A DNA stretch of 64,000 nt from Tubiluchus corallicola. Lineage: Eukaryota > Animalia > Priapulida. Of this stretch, positions 23,916 to 64,000 are shown piece after piece. A model generated the notes under the pieces. The model had not been told where the DNA came from. It searched no databases and worked only from the letters and a program-made list of their open reading frames with translations. Numbering within the stretch: position 1 is the stretch's first letter; the number at the start of each line of letters is the position of its first letter. The stretch covers positions 310,001 to 374,000 of the forward strand of contig JAQGDQ010000072.1 in the NCBI GenBank assembly GCA_030141605.1. The letters run 5' to 3'. A program made the position numbers and the translations under genes.

Positions 23916-24271
23916 TACACCGTTTGTTTCTATCATATTGTACAAATAATCAAAGGATATCAACATGTACTTTTGCTACCATAATTAACACACTGAATCC
24001 TTATATCATGTACATAATTTTATTTATTATAAAAATAAAACTCAGACATATTTTTACAAGTTGGTATAATTCCAATTTTCTCATCCAAACGTTATAAAGG
24101 CTGCATTACATGAAAACCAAGTCTCGTCCTACTTTAGTGTTTTATTCTTCTACTTACAATTTATCAGCAGAATAAGATAATTATTGACTACAGTAAGTAC
24201 TTCATTACACATTTGTTTAAACATCATAAATAATCATTCTGATACCAAACTATTTCTGAATAAGTATTATG

Positions 24272-25019
24272 TAGGGATGGGACCATATCAGATCTGGATT
24301 TTTGGATCGAAATCCACTATGCCTACTGTACTTTATTTCAGTCATAAAAAGTTGTAGTTTCCAGACCAATTAAAGGTCATAATTAATAATCTACTTGAAA
24401 ATTTAAGTGACGAAATACATGCTTACGTCTAGTTAATCTAAATTCTCTTGTAAGAAACTTACATTAGAAAACAATGCCGTTCGTGTGTGACCGTCCAGAT
24501 TTCTATCAGTACCATAAATCTTTGAAACTATTATGAAAACAGATGTATATGTAAGCGAGCATGAATAATCGGGTGCCATTTTTACTATTACTAAATTCTT
24601 TAGACTGACTAAAACTGTGACAGTGCAAATGCTTTCAATGCAGCTTTTGTATTGCAATTTCTGAGGGAATTTTTTAAAATCTGCAATGACAATCACGAAA
24701 AAACTGTTTCTTGAATATGCAAAATAAAAGTAGTTAAGGAGCCAAATGCTTCAAACTTCTCAACATTGCCATCACAGGTAGCAATTACTTTAATTTGCAA
24801 TAATGATATAAATGAAAAAAGCAAGTAGACAAGCTATTTGCAACTACAGTGATATTAACATCAAGCATGTAGTTGCCTGAAATTTTAATTGTTTTAAGCT
24901 AAGAAAACTTTTAAAAACAGGTCTTAGCATTAAATAGCATCACACTCTTAGTCCATCTAGGCATCGGGATCCATATGCCAAAATCCGGATCTGGTAAACA
25001 TGGATTCATCCCACCCCTA
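24272..25019. mobile_element. hAT-like MITE between the PTRH2 and SFSWAP 3' ends
   Basis: TAGGGATGGGA versus TCCCACCCCTA termini, subterminal GATC/GGATCC motifs and an imperfect 8-bp TSD (gtattatg / atgttatg). Confidence 0.7.
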
Positions 25020-25213
25020 ATGTTATGACAGGTTTTTCGTTAGGTAATATCCAGATTAAGCAATGATCCTTCATAACATTTTGAGGGCCCAGTAGCTGGA
25101 TGGCAATACTTCCACATTCTGCAACCACTATTAGATGGCAACACTTTAGTCCATCTGCATTCTACAACCACCATAAATTTGAAAAGCTATCCGTCTCATG
25201 GCGGCCGCGGTTG

Positions 25214-55190
<29,977 letters not shown>

Positions 55191-56388
55191 TTTTACGAAA
55201 ATTCTCTTTTGTAAGCAAAATGCGCAAACTTGAACATTTTGGGTCAATCAAGACATTCGCACATTTTGCGCTTTTTCAGCTGATTCCGCAGTTTATTCAC
55301 GCTATAACCGTTTATTCATGATTCCAGTAAGAAACGTGTTAAAGGAAGCCTTGAAACATTGCAAAAAACCACCTGGTAAACGAAAAACTACTCAGACAGC
55401 TAAGATAGATTAAGATGTTCAACACCTTCAACCAAATCTATCTTTAGGAGTAGAAGAACTTACCTGTTAGCTGCAGATAGAAGTGGGCTGAATACTCTGA
55501 TAAATGTTGATACCTCAATGTCTGCAACAGATGGAATAAGACTTTTTGAGGAAGAAAGAAATCATGCTAAATACATTTGACACCGTAGAGAATAAAATTC
55601 TTTTTATCGGTTTTTGGTGACCTACAAGCCATTCTACAATAAGATAAAATTCACACGGTTACATATCTACGAAATAATAGTAAGCTTATCATTAATTAAT
55701 TATGACTGTGATTGCCAAAATATTAAGTTAACATGAAACTCTCGGTACAAAATCATGAGGACTGCCCAAGTTTTTTCACACTTTAATTTCTACGTATCTA
55801 GTAAATGCACTTAAGATCCAAACTTCTCAAAACGACTGTCTGTGATAACCTTCCTAAAAATGTTCTAAACCCTACGTGTTTTGCCTTGGAATCCCATGAA
55901 CCATTCCTGATTAAAAAAAGATTTTTTGAAAAAGGTAGAAAAACGAAATCTTCAAGTTAACTGGTCAAAAACAGGAGAATATAATATCCCAACGGATGGT
56001 AGCCATTCACATTTACATTGCATTAAAACTATCTTTTTTTTGTTAAATTTTGCAACAATGAACATTAGTTAATATCACTCACACATATTAAAACAATCAG
56101 CATACAAAACTAATCACAATCAAATAATACATTGACACATTAAAATGAGTGAGTTTACAAAACAACTACAATATAACCACCAAACAAAACAGACAGTACA
56201 AGATTGTTTAAAGCACAAGAAAACCCTTCACTTACATAAAGCTTAAAAATTTGTCTTGAAATTTTATGCCACTTACATATGTTTTATTGCGCCACTTACA
56301 TATTGTCATATAGCATACAGGGCTTGCATTAGGAGTAACACTGTATAAAACTTGAAAATTCGAAGTACCGAAACAACATTAATTGAAT

Positions 56389-58093
56389 ACTAGCAAAGGC
56401 TCGGGAAAAAAATTTGCATATAAATTCGCTTATAATCAAAAATATGCGAACATCCTGCATAGTCCTTACTTATAACGCAAAGCCAGCAGCAGCTTTTATG
56501 GAATTAAAGTTATAATGTTATAAACAGAGTATAATGGATGACGTCAGAACACTGGCTTTGTGTCAACAGTTTTCCAAGCGAAAATCGTACGGAATGGAAC
56601 CTCCTATCAACTCATCAGAGCTCCTCAGGAAGGAAGCGTCCTAAATGCAGCTCACATCATCTTGTAGCCCTGTTCTTCCTCTTTCTAAAGAGCTATATAT
56701 ATCTTCTTTCAAGAGTCCCACTGACCGCCACTAGAGCGTTTTTTCTACCGGCAATTTACCCAAAAATTCGAAAAAATTGGGAGATGGGTCCGGGAAAATG
56801 CCTGTAACGTGCATTAGTGGCCCTCTCGCGAATTCTAAGTATGACTATCACACCCACCGTTGAACGGGCTATTCCATCATTACCAGCACCACCCACGGCC
56901 CATTCCGGATCTCCAGAAATCTAGAAATTTTTGCAAAAAACGGTCAAAAAAGGCATTTTTTGGAGGTTTTTCGGCCCCCGTTCCTCCCGGTGGACCCGAT
57001 TCGAAAAGTACACCCTCAGGTGCGAACCCTTGGGTAGAGACCTTTCATTTGATATATATATATATATCATCGAAAATGGTGCCGTCGTCACAGCTGTAGC
57101 GTCGTCGGTTATGTACAGCGAAATTAATACATAAACTAGCAAAGGCCCTGCAAAAAGATTGCGTACAAATACACTTAAAATTAAAAATACGCGAATATCC
57201 TACATAGTCCTCATTTATAATGCAAAGTGAGCAGCAGCTTTTACTGAATTAAAGTTATAAGCTTACAAACAGAGTATAATAGATGACGTCACAACAATTG
57301 CTTTGCGTCAGCAGGTTTTCAAACGAAAATTGCCAAAAATGGAACATCTAATTAACTCGTCGCCACTCCTCTTCGTGGACGTGTCCTAAAATATAGCCTA
57401 TACCATCGTGTAGCCCTGTTCTTCCTCTTCCTAAAGAGCCATATATCTCCTTTCAAGAGTCCCACTGTTCGCGCTAGTTGTGTCCGGGAAAACACCCGTC
57501 ACGGGGCGTAGTGGCCCTACCCTGAATTCTAAGTATGACTATAACACCCACCATTGAACGGGCTATCTAACCATTACCGGCATCATGCCAGGCACGTTCC
57601 CGTTCTCCAGAAATAAGAGGTATAAGCTTTGCAAAAAATGGCCGGTGGGTGTAGTAGGCATATTTAGAATTCGCAGGAGAGCCATGGCTTCCCGTAACGG
57701 GCGCTTTCCCGGACCTTACTCTCGATTTTTCGAAATTTTGGTCAAACAGCCTGTAGAAAAAACGTTCTAGTGGCGCCTGGTGGGACTCTCGGAAGGAGAT
57801 ATATGGCTCTTTAGAAAGAGGAAGAACAGGGCTACACGGTCATGTGGGCTATATTTTGGGACACGTCCACTAAGAGGAATTAGTTAGATATTCCATCGGC
57901 AATTTTCGCTTGGAAAACAGCTGACGCAGAGCCATTGTTCTGACGTCACCATTATACTCTGCCTATAACATTAATTCAGTAAAAGCTGCTGCTGACTTTG
58001 CGTTTGGCAAATAAACGAATACTAGGTAGAATGTTGCACATTGTTGATTATAAGTGGATTTATATGCAAAATTTTTTGCAGGGCCTTTGCAAG
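56389..58093. mobile_element. Cluster of three related Helentron/HINE-like repeats: two tandem (56389-57133, 57134-57640) and one inverted (57640-58093)
   Basis: Shared blocks ctagcaaagg..ttgc, agcagcagctttta, gtagccctgttcttcctct and tcaagagtccca, with reverse complements at 57780-58093. The gagacctttcatttgatat motif at about 57038 is shared with 30380-30890. Confidence 0.7.
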
Positions 58094-58454
58094 TAACTGT
58101 ATTATTATCCCAGAGGGAAAGTTTTTGAAAATGAAAAACAACAACAAATCATTATTGAGTGATCAGTTATATGTTTTAAAAAAATCAAGTAAGTGTAATT
58201 TACATACTTTTTTGAATATAGACAGCGAGTCGGCATTTTTTATAGCTCAATCAATTGAATTCAATATGTAAGGGCCATTGTATTTGATAGAAAATTTTCT
58301 AACATTTATGTTGCACTGTATGTAGTGATAGTTAAGTCTATATCGTGTATTATAATTAAGTATTTCAGCATTCAAACAAAAGTAATCAGTAAATAAGGGT
58401 GGCAATAATTTATGAGAGAATTTATACATGAAAATGGCAGTTTGGAACTTGTTA

Positions 58455-61400
58455 GGGAGTGACTAAAGGTACGGGTCTGTATCCGGAACTGCAGCAACTA
58501 AAAGTGCTACAGATCCTTGTCTCGACAGCATTCAATAAAAAATACGGATTGATCCGTACGGCAAATGATATAAATAACAAATAAGTATCACCGTTCTGCG
58601 AAAGATATTGACGAGAAAATACGGATCGCCGTCAGAGAGGAGCAGATATCACTTTCTTGTTTATCCGCAACCACAAAATCCACAATTGTAAATAACCGCA
58701 TCCTCAAGATACGCGGATTGAGTGAAATTGAATATCTTCATGATAGCTATGTTACTATGTAATCCCTAGATAGAACGCGCCCTTTAAACAACTTGCAGTG
58801 AATGCGCGCAACACTAAATAATATTACGGTGGGCGAGTCATGCTTTATTACTATAGCGTAAACATAGTGTCTGCCTATTTTTGGTATGAAAGAAACGTTT
58901 ATCCCCCGTTTGCATACGAAAAACAACAGGATTAGATTAAAAAAACTTTTTTCTCATATTATGCTAAACTTTTAATAGATATGTATATAATGAATATGAA
59001 TATGTTTATATATTGTCAATTAAATACATGTGCGTCTTCCCATTGTAACAGTCTTATTTAACTAATTAGCAATGTTAGTGCTTGAACATTTAAGAATGTA
59101 ATAGATTACATAAGTTTTAGTGTACTTGCTTGACGTTAGTTAATATTTCTACTGATAAATACCTTTAAAAAGAATGTGAATATCCTATTACTGTGCATGC
59201 AGCACTAGGGTTACCATACGTCCAGGTTTCCCCGGACACGTCCTATTTTTGGGCCTCTGTCCGGGCATCCAGGCGGGTTTTCAAAAAATCGGCAGTTTGT
59301 CTGGGTTTTGCCTCAATCAGTATGTACGGAACTTGCTAACTGCAGAGGCGTACGACAGTACGAGACAAAGAGAAGCTCGTTAATTTTCAATACAAGATAT
59401 TGCTAACATCTCAAAATGCAACCCTTGTAAAAGCTTTGTGTACATATTTACTAAACAAAAGTAAGCGATTCACACGACTCACACCACTGTCGATACTCGG
59501 CGTATTCGCTAACGACTTAAAATGACGTCAGCTTCCGGGAGCTATTTTGTTTGTTTTTATGTGAAAATTTCTTTAAATTTGTATAGTTTCGCTGTTTTGC
59601 AGTTTTGAGCAACTGGTAAAAGTTAATTAGAAAGTAGCAATGCAGCCAATGCTGAAACGACAGTGTGCATTTACAGATGGTGGCGGAACTTTCATTTCTG
59701 TTGCAAATAAAGGTGGGCTTGATTTGGATGCCCACGTCAGCACACAGAAACATGGTAAGAGTGTTCGAGGAGAAAGTTCGTCCACAAGAGTCACGGATTT
59801 TTTTGTAAAACCTGGCTCAAAAACTGACGATTCTGTGTCAGCAGCTGAAGGAACACTGGCCTTTCATACCGTCAAGCACCATCACAGCTACAAATCTACG
59901 GATTGTACTTGTAGCGTGTTAACAACAATATTGCCCGATTCCAATATTGCACGAAAGATGTCGTGTGCTCGAACAAAAACAGAAGCGATTGTTAACTCTG
60001 TTTTGGCTCTTCATTCTGTTGACATGGTTGCGAAAGCACTTAGCAATATACGTCATTGTGGTATTTGAAGAAATTTGTTGAAGCAAATTGTAAAGATGAC
60101 GACTTCAACAAGTTATTGGCAAAAGTTAAAGGAAAGAAACAAGTTGCATGTTGAATCCGTGAAAGGAATTCTATTTGTTCAGCATAATTTCAAACATCTG
60201 TCATGCAAAGACTTTTATGCATATCTGTGCTGTCGACCGAAATTGCTGAAAGCAAATCGGTCTTCGGAAAAGTATTCTTGGTCTCAGCCTCAGGCTCAGT
60301 CAAGTTCAATCGTAACTGTTTCTGATAGCCAAGAAGAAGCAGGCGACTGACAGTTGCAGTGTGTTAATGTTTTTTGCAGTATAGCAATTTGGTATTGCTA
60401 TTAGAATACATGTAGGCCTATTTATATAATTTGCATTGTTTTAATAGACCCTAGACTGGTCCTTTTTGCCTACTTACACGTGTGCGAAAAAATGTCCTCT
60501 TTTTCAACTCAGACAATATGGTAACCCTATATGCCTGTTTTAATTTTTAATAATTATAAAATATTTTTTACTGGAGTTCTGCTGCATTACATGTAACTCT
60601 AAGGAAATTCCAACAACAATGAACTATTGTCTGCATAGTGGCAAAATTTATTGGAATTTAATTATTCAGTTAGAACGTTTTTTTACAAAATGCAAAATTC
60701 TAGATGTTTATTGAAGTACCAAAGTGCTTTACTGCATTAGTAAATGAGCATTCTACACTCACAGTTGAATAGGCATTTAAGTGGTCGAAATAGTTCAGTA
60801 AGGAGTTTTTTAAACTGTTTTTCAGCATCAAGGATACAAAATTTAGGTTTTAATTCACAAACAGCAATTATTGCTTTCTAAACCGCGAATTAACTAGATT
60901 TCATGAACTAGCTTTATACATTGCACAGCATAAATCTCAGCTGATTCAAACCTTTAACCCCGAGGAATCACAGAGAAAATGAAGCTAGTAACTTGATGTT
61001 TTAACACAACATAAAGCGGATTAATGTGACAATCGAACGTAATTTCAGTAGCCTTCAGTTAAATGCAAATTTGTAAAATGGCCTTTTTATTTTTTAATAG
61101 AAATGACGTCTAAAACACTACAAAAATTGAGTTGGAATATGGCAGTCACTGATTGTAGCAGAGCGTTGATAAACAAAATGATAAAATAAACTAATTAATA
61201 TGGGACCTGGCTCACATAAAGATGTTTTAAAATGTTTACAATGACAAACAAAATAATAAATCAAGCAAGTAATACTGGCACGTTATAATATTCACAGCAT
61301 AAATTATTTGGCAACAGGTGCATGTAACAGTTTAGCAGTTCTTATAAATTGGACCTACTGTATATCACATAAAGACCAAGATTTTTGCTATGTTCTTTAA

Positions 61401-62178
61401 TATGGTTATTAATTACTGATAGATTTTAGACACAAGGGTTTTACAATTAGACGATGTAACGATTCTGATTTGAAAGGAGTTAAACACGACTTTTTTGTTC
61501 AACTTACCCATCTTACAACTCCCGTCCCGCTCTACTTAACTGCTGACAGGTAGCAGCACTATACAGTGTATCCTAGATGGCCTAATATTAAGCTACTACA
61601 TGTTCGACAAGTCAATAAATAACAACCCAAACTAAGGAAAAATACAGTTTAGGAAGTTATCACATTCGCAACACTCTATAGAAATGCAGGCTGGTAAGTC
61701 ATCATATTACAACACTCTAAGATTTAAACTCTTAGCTAACTGGCCTACTACACATCAAAATACTAAACTTTTTTGCAACAATAAACAAAATAAATTAAAC
61801 AAACTATTAACTGGTATTATACAACACACAGCACTATACCAAAGCTAAGAATTTGCAAGGCAATAAAAGGAGACTAATGAATATTTACAGTGTAACTATT
61901 GTATCTCAAAGAACAATGGCACCGAAGAAAAACGGTACGGCTGCAGGCTGTATAACGCCATATCACCATTTTCTTGAAGTGGGCATGTACTTTTCAATGA
62001 TGTACAGGGCACATGGTCAAAATCCACATGTATATTGTAAAAATTGTCAAAATCCGTATGTTTTGTAAATGTCACAAAAACCACGGATCCGAATTTGATG
62101 CAAAAATAGCTACGAATGCGGATGCGTATTCGGTATCACAGAAAAGACCAGTACGGATCCGTACCTCTAGACACTGCC
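58455..62178. mobile_element. Mutator-like (MULE) non-autonomous element of 3.7 kb inserted in the LINE
   Basis: TIR GGGAGTGACTAAAGGTACGGGTCTGTA versus GGCAGTGTCTAGAGGTACGGATCCGTA (read from the right end); 9-bp TSD aacttgtta / aacttatta; the LINE reading frame resumes across it. Confidence 0.75.
59206..60529 (+). mobile_element. Internally deleted hAT (Blackjack-like) transposon nested in the MULE-like element
   Basis: TIR TAGGGTTACCATA versus TATGGTAACCCTA; transposase N-terminal (AAEGTLAFHTVKHHHSY..CARTKTEAIVNSVLA) and C-terminal (ERNKLHVESVKGIL..SCKDFY..SSEKY) fragments fused. Confidence 0.85.
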
Positions 62179-64000
62179 AACTTATTAATGTCATAAATGT
62201 TCAAAAAGTTTAGTCTTTTAAATATTGGTGGTGTGTAGTCCTGATAACTGGCAATTGTTATAGCTCGCACTATTTTCTTCTGAATCAGGTGAATTTTTTT
62301 CAATCTACTGGTATACGAGGTCCCCAAAACATTGTTTGAATTATTAAGATATGGTAAAAAAAGAGAATTATATAATAATGCAAGTACTGATTTAGACAAT
62401 ATGCATCTAACTCTGTACATAAAACCTATGGTTTTGAAGATTTTGCTTTCGATAAATCTAAGATGTTCTTGCCAAGTTAGGTGTTCAATGATGATGATGC
62501 CTAAGAACTTACTATGTTTTACTTTATTTATTGGGACTTCATCGATTTTTACTCTAAGATTACTAGAGATTCTTTTATTTCTATTTGTGAATACAATAAA
62601 TTTAGTATTTTCAATATTCTGTGACAACTTGTTATTAGCATTAAACCAGGTGGATAGGTGTACAAGTTCTTAGTTTACAGTATTTATCATTGATTCATAG
62701 TTTGAGTGACTATAGAATATGTTAGTATCATTCGGCAAATAAGATGAAGTCCAGCAGAGTGGAGACATTGTGGAGATCATTGATATACAGAAGAAAAAGC
62801 AATGGACCTAAGACTGAGCCTTGCGGGACACCATAATTGATTTACTTCAAAGAAGAAAATGTGTTGTCTATTAGTACAGATTGTTTTCTGTTGCATAAAT
62901 AACTTGTAAACCACTGTAAAAGTAGACCTCTGACACCATAGTTGTTTAATTTATCTAAGAGTGTTTAATGGTAAATAGTATCAAATGCTTTATATAAATC
63001 AATAAAGATACCGATTGTAAATTCATTATTGTCAATTGCATTTGATATTAAATCAAGAAGTTCAAGTAGAGTCATGTAAGTCGAGAGGTTTTGTCTAAAG
63101 CCTAGTTGTTTGCTGTATAATGTATGTTTTTTTAATATAATCGTCTATTATACATTAGTCTTTCAAGAATTTTGAAAAAAAGGGAAGAATTGAAATGGGT
63201 CTATGATTTTTAAACTGGAACTTATCACCAGTTTTAAAAATTAGAATAATCTTCGCTATTTTCAGAGAGTCTGTGACTATAACTGTTGAAAATGACTTGT
63301 TAAATGTATAAAGTGGAAATTCAGCAGTACAGATGATGAGTTTTTTAAGGATAATTTGTGATATATCATCATACCCTGTACTGCTTTTATTTTTTAATTA
63401 TTTGCCACATTTAGCAGCTCCGTTTTGTTATTTGGAAGCAACTGCATTGAATTCCTACATATATTTAATAAATATGAAAAATATGATATAATTGTAGTGG
63501 TAATTTTGTCTGCTAGAGTTGATCCTACATTTACAAAATAGTTATTAAAGCCATCGGATATTTCTTTTGATGTCATTGGGTTATACTGTGATTTTTTTTA
63601 AATGTGACTGTTCTATATGAGAAGTATTTCTTTTATTAATAGCTAAATTTATAATTTTCCATGTGTTTCTCATCTTATTCATATTAGTTTTGTTGTGGAG
63701 ATCACTGGCATCTATCAGAATTACATTGAACATTGTAGAATGTTCCGTTAGAATAATTGCCTTACTGCGTAGAATGTTCTGGAACAAAACTTCTAGAAGC
63801 TTCTCGGGCATGCTATATAACGCAAAGCAGGCCGCTGAGATGGACACACGCAGATTTCGCACGTGTACGTATACTTACACACACATACTTACACAATCTG
63901 GATGTATACTTACACATTCTCTTGTATACTTGTATTTTCAGATACACTTAAACGTTTTCCAGATTTTCACGTTTACTGTAATCATTTCGCGTTCCTTCAT

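Larger units (their letters stand above)
58150..63693 (-). mobile_element. Degenerate CR1/L2-group LINE split in two (62179-63693 and 58150-58454)
   Basis: TWKIIN, ISDGFNNYFVNVG, GVPQGSVLGPLLF (62795-62835) and FLGIII..LTW...LNIYDINK, continuing after the insertion as NKFQTAIFMYKFSHKLLP. Confidence 0.88.

Noticed and set aside
63691-64000. Possible LTR start interrupting the LINE at the window edge
   Set aside because: Truncated by the window; no second LTR, PBS or TSD is available to confirm it.

Overview
AT-rich animal (invertebrate-like) nuclear DNA with GT-AG spliceosomal introns. The window is not prokaryotic, so most ORFs in the six-frame track are exon pieces, transposon fragments or noise. 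I reconstructed three host genes by hand from splice sites. (1) The 3' part of a smoothelin-family calponin-homology (CH) gene (+, 278-10821), with a 13-nt microexon and two 109-nt paralogous exons that look mutually exclusive. (2) PTRH2, peptidyl-tRNA hydrolase 2 (+, 18505-23915, 5 exons, 168 aa). (3) SFSWAP/su(wa) (-, 55190-25214, 17 exons, about 841 aa), convergent with PTRH2. Introns and intergenic DNA hold many mobile elements: a deleted BEL/Pao LTR element, a young gag-only Gmr1-like Ty3/gypsy element, four LINE copies, pogo/Tigger, Tc1, piggyBac, hAT and Mutator-like non-autonomous elements, Helentron-like repeats, a 25-bp minisatellite and long microsatellites. The most notable observations are the candidate mutually exclusive CH-domain exons, an inverted pair of minimal hammerhead-ribozyme motifs in PTRH2 intron 1, and the gag-only LTR element. 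All calls are by eye from motifs and remembered family consensus sequences; no database search was run.
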